Shown: positions 37,091-47,597 of the stretch, piece after piece
Layout of the letters: every line of letters begins with the position of its first letter
Numbering within the stretch: the stretch's first letter is position 1
Source of the DNA: Candidatus Bathyarchaeia archaeon
GTDB taxonomy: Archaea > Thermoproteota > Bathyarchaeia > Bathyarchaeales > Bathycorpusculaceae
Direction: 5' to 3'
Length of the DNA: 64,000 bases
NCBI GenBank assembly: GCA_038883655.1
Contig: JAVZLQ010000001.1
Location: 192,001 to 256,000, forward strand
Made by a program: the position numbers and the translations under genes
Notes under the pieces: model-generated
Seen by the model: only the letters and a program-made list of their open reading frames with translations
Databases searched by the model: none
What the model was told of the DNA's origin: nothing

Positions 37091-37633
37091 TTACTGGGCA
37101 ATTTGTTTTTGGAGCTTGTATAAAATAAGAGCGGTATTGAGAGAGCAAAATGCATACACCAGTCCAAAAAGCATAAACCACAATTCGATGCCCCAGTACA
37201 AAAATGCTTGCCAAAACCATGTTAAAGTTAGAAGCGCAATAAGAATGGATAACGAGGCAATCAGCAAGCTAATTTTTGGATGTGGAAGAGCCTTTCTAAC
37301 ATTTAGAAGAGTTACTCCCCAAACTAGAATTCCAACGTTCAGAGATGCCAGAAAGTTAGCAGTGATTGCCAGAATATTACTTTGTAAAAGGTTTAGGCTC
37401 ATAATTGAATAACTTGTTATAGTAAAAGAAGCCAAATATGAAAAGCTGCATAATAGGGCTATGTTTGAGTTGTACTTTATTTTAAATCCAAAACAGGCGA
37501 AACTGCTAAGAAAAAATGAGGCTGAGAAAAAACTGTAAATAACTGTTAAATAAGCTTTGGACTGGATGAATATTCCGCTTATAGCACTTGAATAGCCGTA
37601 ACCAAGCCGATATGATATAAGATTCAAAAGCAC
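37091..37633 (-). CDS. Hypothetical membrane protein
   Basis: About five hydrophobic segments; start uncertain. Confidence 0.55.
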   Translation of the reverse strand: MLLNLISYRLGYGYSSAISGIFIQSKAYLTVIYSFFSASFFLSSFACFGFKIKYNSNIALLCSFSYLASFTITSYSIMSLNLLQSNILAITANFLASLNVGILVWGVTLLNVRKALPHPKISLLIASLSILIALLTLTWFWQAFLYWGIELWFMLFGLVYAFCSLNTALILYKLQKQIAQ

Positions 37634-37755
37634 GAGTAAAAACCATGTAAACCAACCTAAAAAGCCAAAGATATGCCCGATGCAGCCAATTTGGAAGAAA
37701 ATATTGCTTTTTTGCTTTTTGTGTTATTAGAAGACAGCTTATCTCACCATGACTA

Positions 37756-38742
37756 TCATGTTATGAAGTGTTTATAAATTGGATGTTCTTTGAAGCGTAG
37801 CGTTGTTTCTGATTTTTCCACCGTTCCACTTGGGAGTCTTATGCATACCGAGTTTACTATGGCGCCGTTTGGTATGAAGCGCACTCCGTCTAACAGTTCG
37901 CCTTTTGTCACGCCTGAAGCGCAGAATACTAGTTCGTTTCCCTTGGCTAGCTCATCTTGCGTATAGGTTTTGTTTGGGTCTACTCCTTCTGCCACAAGTC
38001 TTTCAAGCCTTTTTGGGTCGTCGCTTTTGTCTCGCCAAACTTTTACGAGCATTGCTCCGCCAAGGCATTTTACGGCTGTTGCGGCTATTGTTGCTTCTGG
38101 TCCTGCTCCAGCGCCTAATAGTAGGTCTACGCCTGAGCCTGGGATGCACGTGGCTACTGCTGCTGCAATGTCCCCGTCTGGTATTAAGATTATCCTCACG
38201 CCCATTTTCCTTAACGTTTGAAGTATCGCTGCGTGCCTTTCACGTTCAAGCATTATCACAGTGAAGTTTTCAAGTGGTAGCCCCTTTGCTTCGGCTACAG
38301 TTTTGACGATTTCTTCTATTGACATGTCTAATGATATTTTTCCGATGGAGTGGTAATCTGTTGCAACCTTGAAGTAATATCCGTCGTCTGGAAGAACTTG
38401 GAAGCATCCTTTTGGCGCGCATGCTAATGCGGAAATCGCGTCTTTTCTTCCTTTTGAGGCTGCTGTCGTTCCGTCAACCGGATCTATAACGAACTCCACT
38501 TTCGGCCCTTTTCCGGTCCCAACCTTTTCTCGGCGCATGAATGCTGGAGCGTTATCCTTTGGCCCTTCGCAAGCGATTACTTCGCCGGCCACATCTGTTT
38601 GCGCTAGGACAGCCCTTGAAAATTGGACAGCCTTCTCGTCTATTAAGTCTGGATTACCTTGTCCAATGTGTAATGCGGCGCCCACAGCCGCTGCAATTGT
38701 AATTCGTGTTAGAGAAGGCGCTAAAGCCCTTAGAGAAACCAA
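37756..38742 (-). CDS. glpX: Class II fructose-1,6-bisphosphatase family
   Basis: CEGPKDNAP, IDPVDGT, LIPDGDI, GPEATI, SGVTKGELLDGV. Confidence 0.88.
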   Translation of the reverse strand: MVSLRALAPSLTRITIAAAVGAALHIGQGNPDLIDEKAVQFSRAVLAQTDVAGEVIACEGPKDNAPAFMRREKVGTGKGPKVEFVIDPVDGTTAASKGRKDAISALACAPKGCFQVLPDDGYYFKVATDYHSIGKISLDMSIEEIVKTVAEAKGLPLENFTVIMLERERHAAILQTLRKMGVRIILIPDGDIAAAVATCIPGSGVDLLLGAGAGPEATIAATAVKCLGGAMLVKVWRDKSDDPKRLERLVAEGVDPNKTYTQDELAKGNELVFCASGVTKGELLDGVRFIPNGAIVNSVCIRLPSGTVEKSETTLRFKEHPIYKHFIT

Positions 38743-38868
38743 GTGTTCACCAATTTAGGATTAAAGTTCTTTACTTGTAAAACTTTTTGGGTCTTTTCAA
38801 CAAGTGTCCGTTCAATCCTTCATGTCAAATGTTAAAACTAGGTGGGCAGATTGGAAAATATAGTGAGT

Positions 38869-39268
38869 TTAGATCGCTTTTGCCACTAGGTTGAGGCTTG
38901 TCAGCGGGGTCATGGGCTGCAGGTTTACTAAACTTCCGTAATATGCTACTGTTTCCCATTTGGCTTTTTCCAATAGTGAAGAGAGCTCTTTTAGGCTGTA
39001 TATGTGGAGCTGAAAGTCTACCTTGTCCATATATTTTAGGTCTTTTCCGCTTTTCTTGTAGAAAGTCCATGTTGTGTTTATTTGGGATGCTTTTGGGTCA
39101 TAGCTTCTATTTTCTAAAATTACAAAGCCATCTACTTCTGAATAGTCTGTTGGCGTGAATTTTAGGGAAAAGAATTCTGTGTGAGCTGTTTCTAGCCCAT
39201 CTTTCGTCAAGAATCTTTAGGAATACGTCCGCCCTTTCAACGAAAAGCTTCCTAATCCACTCTTCCAT
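38869..39268 (-). pseudogene. Probable class I SAM-methyltransferase remnant with internal deletion
   Basis: N-terminus MEEWIRKLFVERADVFLKILDERWA joined out of frame to C-terminal HIYSLKELSSLLEKAKWE..YGSL; no SAM motif I. Confidence 0.55.
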
Positions 39269-39293
39269 AAATATCCTCATTTCCCAGATTTTG

Positions 39294-40397
39294 TTACTTG
39301 TACACTTTCAGTGGTTTTCCAAGGATCTGAGCATCTAGTTCTTTTATGCCTAATCCGTGTTGCTTTGGGAATGTGCGCATGGAGTTCTTGATTCTTGTTC
39401 CGCCCTTTTTTACGAGTCTGTCTTTGAGGAGTAAGTCTGAGTCTAGGTCTGCGTACATTATGTTTTTTGATGCTGCTGCCAGGTGGGTTCCAGCGGCTAT
39501 GCCTATTTGGGATTCACCCATACAGCCTATCATGCATGGTATGCCAGCGGCTTCGGCTATGTCCGCGATTTTTCTGCCTTTTAGGATTCCTCCACTTTTC
39601 ATCAGTTTGATGTTTATTAGGTCTACAGCCTCGGCTTTTATTAGGCGTATGGCGTCTTCTGGCGAGTGGACGCTTTCATCTGCCATTATAGGTATCGGCG
39701 AGTTCCGCTTTACCTCAATTAAGCCTTTCAAGTTTTCTGCTGGAACGGGCTGCTCGGCAAACTCTATGTTGAACTTTTCCATTTTGTTCAGCGCTTCTAT
39801 GGCTTGTTTGGGCGTCCACCCTTGGTTTGCATCTATTCTTATGACGATTTCGTCGCCGACAGCCTCGCGTATAAGCCTAATGCGTTCCACATCTTCTGTG
39901 GGGTTGACGCCGACCTTGACTTTTAGGGCTTTAAACCCTTTTTTGACGGCTTTTTTGGCGTCTTTAGCCATCTCCTTTGGAGATTTTATTCCAAGCGTTA
40001 TGTCTGTTAGGACTTCTGTGCGGTAGCCTCCCAAGACCATGAATAGCGGCTTTTTAACTGTTTTACCGAGTATGTCGTGCAGGGCAATGTCCATTGCTGC
40101 TTTTGCCGCTGGGTTTCCCTTCACAATTGAGTCCATTAACTCTATGTTTTGTTCTATACGCAGCGGACACATGCCAATCAGTTTTGGGGCAACCTTGTCG
40201 ATTGTTTGGAGGACCGTTTCTGGCGTTTCGCCCGTAACTCTCTCTGATGGCGAGGATTCTCCCCAGCCGATTACGCCGTAATCTGTAATTACCTTTACAA
40301 CTACGTTGTGGCTTTCTGTGCTTGCTCCTGGCGCTATTCTGAATGGCTCATAGTAGGCTAGCGTGATTGGGTAAACTTCAATTTGTTTTATTCCCAA
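39294..40397 (-). CDS. L-Ala-D/L-Glu dipeptide epimerase (enolase superfamily)
   Basis: KVKVG, IDANQGW, EQP, ADES, NIKLMKSGG, DLD. Confidence 0.88.
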   Translation of the reverse strand: MGIKQIEVYPITLAYYEPFRIAPGASTESHNVVVKVITDYGVIGWGESSPSERVTGETPETVLQTIDKVAPKLIGMCPLRIEQNIELMDSIVKGNPAAKAAMDIALHDILGKTVKKPLFMVLGGYRTEVLTDITLGIKSPKEMAKDAKKAVKKGFKALKVKVGVNPTEDVERIRLIREAVGDEIVIRIDANQGWTPKQAIEALNKMEKFNIEFAEQPVPAENLKGLIEVKRNSPIPIMADESVHSPEDAIRLIKAEAVDLINIKLMKSGGILKGRKIADIAEAAGIPCMIGCMGESQIGIAAGTHLAAASKNIMYADLDSDLLLKDRLVKKGGTRIKNSMRTFPKQHGLGIKELDAQILGKPLKVYK

Positions 40398-40440
40398 ACT
40401 TGACACCAAGGATATGTTTGTTTTGTTTTGTGGAAAAGCT

Positions 40441-41754
40441 TTACGAAATTTCCTCAACTTTTGCTTTTCTGCGTCTTCCCAAACCCATAAACTTTAGCTT
40501 TGCCGTCAATATTTTCTCTGTTGCAAAGAGCCTTGAAGCTGCATACATAACAATCAGAGTGAAGACTGAAACGTAGACTATGCCAAAAACAACCGTCCAG
40601 TAATCGCCAATTAAAATGACTTTTGATGCTATAATTGGCTGGCTGAAAGGAATGGCGAACAAAACAAGCTTGAAGGCAAAAGGCAAGGTGTTGATGTCTA
40701 AAAACATTAGGGCGAGGGATGGTAAGAAAACCATTGGGTAAATGTTGCTGACGAGGGCTTGGGCACTTCTAACGTCTTCGGCGAAAGCCGATAGAATAAC
40801 AGACAAGGCTAAAACCGCAATTATGGTGACGAAAAGCGACAAACCCAAAAGCAAATAGCCGAAAGCCGAAGGCGCAAGCCCCAAAGCAGCTAAATCCAAG
40901 TTTAAGCCTGCTGTGTCTCCAACCATAACAGAGCCAAGCATATAACTGTAGCCAGCCATGTAGGCGGCGGCACCTATAGCTGCAACGATAATAGAGCTTG
41001 AAAGCTTACCCCAAAGAATCGCAAGACGATCCATAGGCAACGTTAAAAGAGTTTCCAGAGTTTTTTCCTCCTTCTCCACAGCCATGGAAGCCGCGACGAT
41101 CTGAGGAGCATAAGAAAGCAGGAAAAACACAGCTAGTGGTAAGGCTATGGACTGCGACATTAAAAGTCCAGAAATAACAGTTGGATCTACGCCATATTTA
41201 ACTTCGCCTTTGATCACTGTTGCCTTCTCAGAGTATAAAACGTCTGGAGCGTAGTGTCTGTTGAACATGCTTATTAAAGCGTCAACCGCTGAAGAGCTGA
41301 CGCTTTCAAAGACACTTGTTCCGTGCAAGACACCGTAAAACCTCACACAAGCCTTCACACTGAAGTTGCTGAAATAGGCGGTTACGTTTTGACTAAACCC
41401 CTCCGGAATTTCCAGAATCTGGGTGGTGTTGTATTTGGACAAAAGCTCCAAAATTTTTTCGCTATCCAACGGTTTTATGTTGTTTTCAGTGTAAATGGTC
41501 AAATTAGAGCCGATGGCATTCAAACTTTCTAAGAAATTGATGAAATTGATAGACCAGTATTCGCCGTCGTTGTTTACTATTACCAAACTGGCTTTTATGG
41601 CTTGTTCCTGGGCTGTTTGTGCTACATAACCCATTACCCCACCCATAACAGGAAATAGGACAAGTGGCACAACAATCATGGGCAGTAGGATTTTCGGGTC
41701 TCTTATTAGCTCTTTAAGTTCTTTCAAGAGGAAGGTTCCGAATCCTTTAAGCAA
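40441..41754 (-). CDS. ABC-2 type exporter permease
   Basis: KELKELIRD, AVEKEEKTLETLLTLP; multiple TM helices. Confidence 0.85.
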   Translation of the reverse strand: MLKGFGTFLLKELKELIRDPKILLPMIVVPLVLFPVMGGVMGYVAQTAQEQAIKASLVIVNNDGEYWSINFINFLESLNAIGSNLTIYTENNIKPLDSEKILELLSKYNTTQILEIPEGFSQNVTAYFSNFSVKACVRFYGVLHGTSVFESVSSSAVDALISMFNRHYAPDVLYSEKATVIKGEVKYGVDPTVISGLLMSQSIALPLAVFFLLSYAPQIVAASMAVEKEEKTLETLLTLPMDRLAILWGKLSSSIIVAAIGAAAYMAGYSYMLGSVMVGDTAGLNLDLAALGLAPSAFGYLLLGLSLFVTIIAVLALSVILSAFAEDVRSAQALVSNIYPMVFLPSLALMFLDINTLPFAFKLVLFAIPFSQPIIASKVILIGDYWTVVFGIVYVSVFTLIVMYAASRLFATEKILTAKLKFMGLGRRRKAKVEEIS

Positions 41755-42478
41755 TCTTAACCACCTTTGCGAAAACCTCTTCCAAGTTTGTACATTCAAA
41801 TTTTTCTTTAAGCTCTTGAGGGGCGCCTTCAGCCACGAGTTTGCCCTTGTTTATTAGGGCGACTCTGTCGCACAAGCGTTCTACTTCCAGCATGTTGTGG
41901 CTTGAAAGTAGCACCGTTACGCCGTGCTCTTCCACGTATCGTTTTATTATTTCTCTAACATGGTAGGAGTGTATGACGTCCAAACCGCTTGTTGGTTCAT
42001 CCAAAATCGCTAGTTTAGGCTTAAGCATAAGCGCCCTTGCCACCAAAAGCCGACGTTTCATTCCCTTACTGTAGGTTTTAGTTTTGTCTTTAAGGCGCTC
42101 GCCTAAACCAGATATTTGAGCAGCCTCATTAACCATTGCACGAACAGCATCCTTGTCTTTAGCGCTGAATTTTGCCATAAACTCAAGATACTCCCATCCC
42201 GATAGATACCTGTACGCTCCAGCTTCCTCGGGAAGGTATGTTATTATTTTACGGACTTCACTTGCCCTTTCAACAACATCTAAACCAAAAACTTTGGCAG
42301 TTCCAGAAGTCGGCAAGAGCAGCGTGGAAATTATGCGCAAGGCTGTTGTTTTTCCAGCGCCATTTGGACCAATTAAGCCGAAAATTTCTTCTTGTTTGAT
42401 TTTGAGGCTCAACCCGTCTAGGGCGCGTATGTTTCCGAACACTTTAACGAGGTTTTGTGTTTCAACTGCAAAGCTCAT
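41747..42478 (-). CDS. ABC transporter ATP-binding protein
   Basis: GPNGAGKTT, YSKGMKRR, LDEPTSGLD. Confidence 0.9.
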   Translation of the reverse strand: MSFAVETQNLVKVFGNIRALDGLSLKIKQEEIFGLIGPNGAGKTTALRIISTLLLPTSGTAKVFGLDVVERASEVRKIITYLPEEAGAYRYLSGWEYLEFMAKFSAKDKDAVRAMVNEAAQISGLGERLKDKTKTYSKGMKRRLLVARALMLKPKLAILDEPTSGLDVIHSYHVREIIKRYVEEHGVTVLLSSHNMLEVERLCDRVALINKGKLVAEGAPQELKEKFECTNLEEVFAKVVKIA

Positions 42479-42543
42479 TGTTGTTTGCCCCAAAACCATT
42501 AATCCAGCATGTTTAAAAGGGTTAAGGTCTCAAATGTGCTTTT

Positions 42544-43050
42544 TCATCTTTTTGAGGGTGGCACATACTTAACATTAAGTGTCTCCGTAAGTTTTCGCAG
42601 TTCTCTTTCACTAAGCCACTCCGTCTTTAGGTACTGGCATATCCTAGCGTCGTCCAAACCGAGCCTACGGGCTTCTTCAACAGCGTGGCGATATGCCTCA
42701 ATCTCCGTTGGTCTTCCAACATAGTCATACCTATCATCGAAAAGTTTCTTTCCCTCCATGAATTGCTTCACATGAACCAGTTCATGGATAATGTCTAAGT
42801 AAATGTCGATCAAGTCGCCATTATTCAAGTAGTACGCGCTAATCATCAAGTGGCCGTCCACTTCGCTTACGCCCATGTAACCCCTAAAACCCACAAACTC
42901 CACTCGAAGGTTACGTAGAACATCGGCTGTTTTTTCGCCGAAAATGCGCCTAACAGCCTCAACATTTTCAAAACCCCTAAAATACTTCGTGAAAGGATGC
43001 GTCGTAATCCTAACGTTTCTAGGTATCTTAACTCCAAGCTGCGCCTCCAC
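42544..43050 (-). CDS. Hypothetical protein with HExxH zincin-like motif
   Basis: IIHELVHVKQ...PTEIEAY. Confidence 0.65.
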   Translation of the reverse strand: MEAQLGVKIPRNVRITTHPFTKYFRGFENVEAVRRIFGEKTADVLRNLRVEFVGFRGYMGVSEVDGHLMISAYYLNNGDLIDIYLDIIHELVHVKQFMEGKKLFDDRYDYVGRPTEIEAYRHAVEEARRLGLDDARICQYLKTEWLSERELRKLTETLNVKYVPPSKR

Positions 43051-43161
43051 GGTTGCTGTTAACCCCCCTAGTTTCGAGTTTTCATGTTCATCGTCCTAGT
43101 AAAGTTTATGCCGACAAAAATGAGATAAACACGCACCACAAAGGACCAAAGAGGAGAGTCG

Positions 43162-44004
43162 ATGTTTAAGGTTAAGAAGATGTCTTCAGAAGACATTGAA
43201 TTCGCAGTTCACATAACTGACACAATGAACTGGAACCTAACAGAACAAGATTTCGCGTTTATGATACAGCTTGAACCAGAAGGATGCTTTACGCTGATGT
43301 GCAACTCGGAAAGAATTGGCATAACAACAACCATATGCTACGGCAAAATCGGCTGGATTGGGAACGTTGTCGTGGATGAAAAGTACCGCAGAAAAGGCGC
43401 TGGAAGCATCCTCATAAAGCACGCCATAAACCACTTGAAACGCAAAGGCGCCGAAACAATAGGCTTATACTCATACAAGGAAAAGGCAAACTTTTATGCG
43501 AGGCTAGGCTTCAAACGCAACTTACAATTCACGGTTTTAAATGGCAAAGCTTCCTCTCCAAATTTTGAGATAGCTAAAGTGAAAGAGGCGGAAAAAACTG
43601 AAATGCAGAAGATAATCGAATTCGACAGCCTCTACTTCGGGGCATCAAGAAAAAAGCTGCTTGAAAAAATTGTTGAAGAAAAAGACAACTTATGCTACTA
43701 TTATGCTAAGGATGGGGAAATTTTGGGATACGCTATGGCAAAAGTTTATGGGCACTACGTGGAGATAGGCCCGCTCATCTGCAGAAGAGGAAAAAGCCAC
43801 GTAGCCAAAAACCTTTTGAACGCGATGCTGAAGAAGGTTGAGGGTTCCGAGGTTTCAATTTGCCTACCAAAAAAGGAAAAGGCGATGGTAAACATGCTTT
43901 TAGATTACGGATTTAAGGAAAGCTTTACGGTTTTTAGGATGTTTTTTGGACCATTAGCTTTTAGGGACTGCATTTACATTGCAGAATCTCTAGAGAGAGG
44001 ATGA
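43162..44004 (+). CDS. Tandem GNAT N-acetyltransferase
   Basis: IGNVVVDEKYRRKGAG, FYARLGF; second GNAT-like domain with IGPLI. Confidence 0.85.
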   Translation: MFKVKKMSSEDIEFAVHITDTMNWNLTEQDFAFMIQLEPEGCFTLMCNSERIGITTTICYGKIGWIGNVVVDEKYRRKGAGSILIKHAINHLKRKGAETIGLYSYKEKANFYARLGFKRNLQFTVLNGKASSPNFEIAKVKEAEKTEMQKIIEFDSLYFGASRKKLLEKIVEEKDNLCYYYAKDGEILGYAMAKVYGHYVEIGPLICRRGKSHVAKNLLNAMLKKVEGSEVSICLPKKEKAMVNMLLDYGFKESFTVFRMFFGPLAFRDCIYIAESLERG

Positions 44005-44010
44005 AAGTAT

Positions 44011-45369
44011 TTGACACAACAGAACTTAGCCAAAACTATTCTTGAGGATTTCTTAAAGAATTCGCGTTCATGCATAGAAGTTTTGGTGAAGGAACTTGCA
44101 GAATTTGAGGGAAACGAGAAAAGGGAATTCACATTCTTCCAGTTTAAAAATGGCAAGAAACACGAAGTTAAGCTTAGTGGCAATCACTTCTTCTTAAGAA
44201 GCTCAGTTGAATACTCAAATCCACAGTTAACGGTTGAGGAAGTTCAAGGAATAATCGCCGCCCGCCTACTCGAAGTCTGCGGAAATTACTTCCACGAGCA
44301 TGGCTTAAGAGAAATCCAAAAAGAGGACGTTGACGAACTATGCGTGATACTGCAAAAACCGCCAGAAGGAAAAATCATCGCATTTCTACTCAACACAGAC
44401 GACACGGAACCAGATAGATATTCAATGAACCCGCTGAAAGAGTCGATTGTAACCAGCGGGCAAAGCGCTTTTCCATCAGCCTACGTCAAAACTGGACAGC
44501 TAAAAATTGACGAAAACTTTGTCAAAAAATATGATGGTACACTAATATCGCAGGGCGAAATTGAACTGATAATGCGTCACATGGAAACTTGCAACAACAG
44601 CTACGTGGACATGGTTGACGCAGTGAAATACGAACAAATGGAGGAGCTCTCTGAAACTTTCGGAATAAACCTATGCTTATATGCCATACGCATGCCGATC
44701 GAAACTATGCAAAAAGAAGACACGCAAGGCTTGCTGCACCACGTTATAAAAGAAACGCATAGGGACTATTATGCGGTTGAAGGCGCATACCAGTGCATGG
44801 GCAGAAGCATGAAAAAGCGCACAACACTTTTAACCGTTCCGCATTCTGCTAAGGGTTATGGCTCAAAACGTGCGGCAAGAGGCAGAATCTACTTTGAAAA
44901 TGAAAAGCTGAAAAGCGTAAAAGTGACATACAAAACCACACTGCTTTATCCAAACGCCATAGATCCAAACGACGTAAGCATAGCAGAAGCCGAAGACGAA
45001 TTTACAGTTGAAGGAGAAGCCCTAACAAACTACGATTTCAAAAAAACTCCATCCTCACCACAATTCTTCCTATACGCGCTCGCTTCGCCAGAAAACGCCG
45101 CACTTTGGCATGGCATAGGCGTCTTCGGCGCAAAAGAACTCTTAAAAAGCTACGCATCAATCCGTAGAGCATGCGCAAGCAACAACGCCCCGGTAAGGAA
45201 TTTAAGCGCCTACGGAGTATCCACAAAAATCCCGATACAGTTTAACCTCGCGCCCCAACACATGTGGGTTCACCCAAAACACCGCAACATAGACGCAAGC
45301 ATAGGCTGTGTCCAAAACATCGAGGAACTGGCAAAAATGGGCATGCACGTTGACCACATCCCACTATGA
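44011..45369 (+). CDS. Hypothetical protein (452 aa, soluble)
   Basis: Long ORF tightly packed between the GNAT and MBL genes; no motif recognised. Confidence 0.7.
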   Translation: MTQQNLAKTILEDFLKNSRSCIEVLVKELAEFEGNEKREFTFFQFKNGKKHEVKLSGNHFFLRSSVEYSNPQLTVEEVQGIIAARLLEVCGNYFHEHGLREIQKEDVDELCVILQKPPEGKIIAFLLNTDDTEPDRYSMNPLKESIVTSGQSAFPSAYVKTGQLKIDENFVKKYDGTLISQGEIELIMRHMETCNNSYVDMVDAVKYEQMEELSETFGINLCLYAIRMPIETMQKEDTQGLLHHVIKETHRDYYAVEGAYQCMGRSMKKRTTLLTVPHSAKGYGSKRAARGRIYFENEKLKSVKVTYKTTLLYPNAIDPNDVSIAEAEDEFTVEGEALTNYDFKKTPSSPQFFLYALASPENAALWHGIGVFGAKELLKSYASIRRACASNNAPVRNLSAYGVSTKIPIQFNLAPQHMWVHPKHRNIDASIGCVQNIEELAKMGMHVDHIPL

Positions 45370-45382
45370 AGGAGGCCAAAAA

Positions 45383-45994
45383 ATGTTTTTTAGGCAGATA
45401 AAGCACCGCGGCGACAACTTCTCATACATAATAGCAGACGAAACAACAGGAGAAGCCGCTGTAATAGACCCAAGCTTCAACACAGAAGCCATAACACAGA
45501 TCTTGAAAACCCACGGCCTCCAACTAAAATACATAATAAACACACATGGACACAAGGACCACACGGCGGGCAACCAAGAGCTGCAAGAAAGGTTTAATAC
45601 AAAAATTGTAGCCCACAAAAAATCAAAAATCAACAAGCACGTAAGCGTAGAAGACGGGGACACCATAAAAATTGGACAAATAACAGCAAGGGTTATCCAC
45701 ACGCCCGGACACACACCGGACAGCATATGCCTCCTAGTAAACGGTAAACTATTTACAGGCGACACTCTCTTTGTCGGGGAATGCGGAAGAACAGATTTAC
45801 CGGGCGGAAGCGCAGAAGACCTGTACAACAGCCTCTTCAACAAAATTTTGAAACTAAATGACGAAATAGAAGTTTATCCAGGACACGACTATGGAGAACA
45901 ACCCCACTCGACAATAGGCAGAGAAAGAAAAACAAACTACACACTTGAAAGGCGTACACTCGAAGAATTCATCAAATTTATGGAACAACAGTGA
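45383..45994 (+). CDS. MBL-fold metallohydrolase (glyoxalase II-like)
   Basis: THGHKDH, HTPGHT, FTGDTLF, PGHDY; GGAGG RBS. Confidence 0.9.
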   Translation: MFFRQIKHRGDNFSYIIADETTGEAAVIDPSFNTEAITQILKTHGLQLKYIINTHGHKDHTAGNQELQERFNTKIVAHKKSKINKHVSVEDGDTIKIGQITARVIHTPGHTPDSICLLVNGKLFTGDTLFVGECGRTDLPGGSAEDLYNSLFNKILKLNDEIEVYPGHDYGEQPHSTIGRERKTNYTLERRTLEEFIKFMEQQ

Positions 45995-46069
45995 TGGGCC
46001 GGACCGGATTTGAACCGGTGACCTTCCGCACGTCAAGCGGATGTCCTAACCGAGCTAGACTACCGGCCC
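45995..46069 (-). tRNA. tRNA-Val(GAC), intronless
   Basis: Reverse complement GGGCCGG..TCCGC TT GAC GT GCGGA..GGTTCAAATCC..CCGGCCC A. Confidence 0.95.
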
Positions 46070-46469
46070 ACTGAACTAGTTACTGCAAAGCTTGAATATT
46101 TTATTTTCTTTTGCGGTATATAGCCACTTCGTCTTTTTCATCGAACGTATAAATTCAAACAGTTCTTAGCTAACTTTCCCCTTTTCTAAGTTTTGGCGGT
46201 TGCCGCGTGCATAGGTCTATGTTTTTAAGTTTCTTGTGTCCGAGTAAGTATTAAACGTATTTATTTCTCTGCTGACAAAGTTTTGCGAACAGTTGAAATG
46301 TTCATGTTGAATATGAACTCACTAGTTTTAAGTAACATTTAATATCGCAACACTTGTCACACCATAAATAAATACCATGGAAGACATGTACGCTGAATGT
46401 TACTAACAAAACAACATAAACATTTTAAATTTTGACAATTAATTGATATAGCACTAGAAGTGGTGAAAA

Positions 46470-47594
46470 ATGATTGAACTAACAAAGAGGAATCTTGAAA
46501 GCCTATTGGTCGGCGCTGAAATAATGGGTTGTGGTGGTGGGGGGCCGCCTGAGTGGGCTGCTAATGCGATATCTGATATCCTAAAGCGAGGCAGACGATT
46601 TCGCTTAGTTGATCCAAAGGAGGTGGCTGATGATAAACTCGTGGTAATAGTTGGACGGGTGGGCGGAGGAGTGTCTGAAGATATTGAAAAGAAAGTTGCG
46701 AAACTTAAGAAGATTTATGAAAATCCAGAGTACATTGCTGTGAAGGAACTATCTAAATATTTGGGGGAAGAACCCTATGCTTTCTTGCCCAGCGAAATTG
46801 GAGCAGGGAATACCGCCCTTCCCATGTGTATTGCAGCTATGAATGATGCCGTGACTATTGATGGTGACGCTTGTGGAAGGGCTAAGCCGGAAATAGCAAT
46901 ATCTACCACACATATTCGTGGGCTATCAGCTACACCTTTGGCTATTGTGAGTCCATTTGGCGATGTTATGATACTAAAAGAATCTGTTGACGATTTTAGA
47001 GTTGAGGATATATGCAGACAGATGGCCATAGCATCAGGTGGATTATGCGGAGTCTGTAGGTTACCAGCAAGGGGTAAAGACATCAAAAATGCAATAGTTC
47101 ATAATTCCATATCTAAGGCTATTGCAATCGGAGAAGCGATAACAGAAAGTCGAAAGAAAAAACAAGATCCCGTTAGGGCTTTTATTGAGAGTTCAGGTGG
47201 ATATGAGCTTTTTAAAGGCATAGTAGAGAGTTGGACACGGACTAAAGCAGGTGCCTTCATGGAGGGTTATATTACCATTAAGGGCGTAGAGAAATATTTT
47301 GGACAGAGCATGAAAATATGGTATAAAAACGAGTTTCTCATAAGCTGGTTGAACGGCGAGCCATACGTCACTTGTCCAGATTTAATATGCATCGTTGATT
47401 CTTCCACTTCAAGAGGGCTCTCAAATTGGATTGAAAACATAAAAGATAATGTGGGAAAAAGCGTTGTTGTTGTAGGAATTAAATGCGCAGACGTGTGGCG
47501 AACAGATAAAGGAATAAAATTGTTTGGTCCGGAGCATTTTGGGTTTGATATCAAATATACTCCGATAGAGAAATTGCTTAATGCGAAAGTATAG
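46470..47594 (+). CDS. DUF917 family protein
   Basis: GCGGGG, EIGAGN, IDGDACGRAKPE, YKNEFL, TCPDLI. Confidence 0.88.
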   Translation: MIELTKRNLESLLVGAEIMGCGGGGPPEWAANAISDILKRGRRFRLVDPKEVADDKLVVIVGRVGGGVSEDIEKKVAKLKKIYENPEYIAVKELSKYLGEEPYAFLPSEIGAGNTALPMCIAAMNDAVTIDGDACGRAKPEIAISTTHIRGLSATPLAIVSPFGDVMILKESVDDFRVEDICRQMAIASGGLCGVCRLPARGKDIKNAIVHNSISKAIAIGEAITESRKKKQDPVRAFIESSGGYELFKGIVESWTRTKAGAFMEGYITIKGVEKYFGQSMKIWYKNEFLISWLNGEPYVTCPDLICIVDSSTSRGLSNWIENIKDNVGKSVVVVGIKCADVWRTDKGIKLFGPEHFGFDIKYTPIEKLLNAKV

Positions 47595-47597
47595 TCT

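Noticed and set aside
39346-40026. 226-aa antisense ORF (and other long antisense ORFs over fusA, ilvD, aor)
   Set aside because: Antisense shadows of clearly identified genes
46300-46318. GTTCAT-N7-ATGAAC palindrome upstream of DUF917
   Set aside because: Single short instance in AT-rich DNA; I saw no second copy or adjacent regulator
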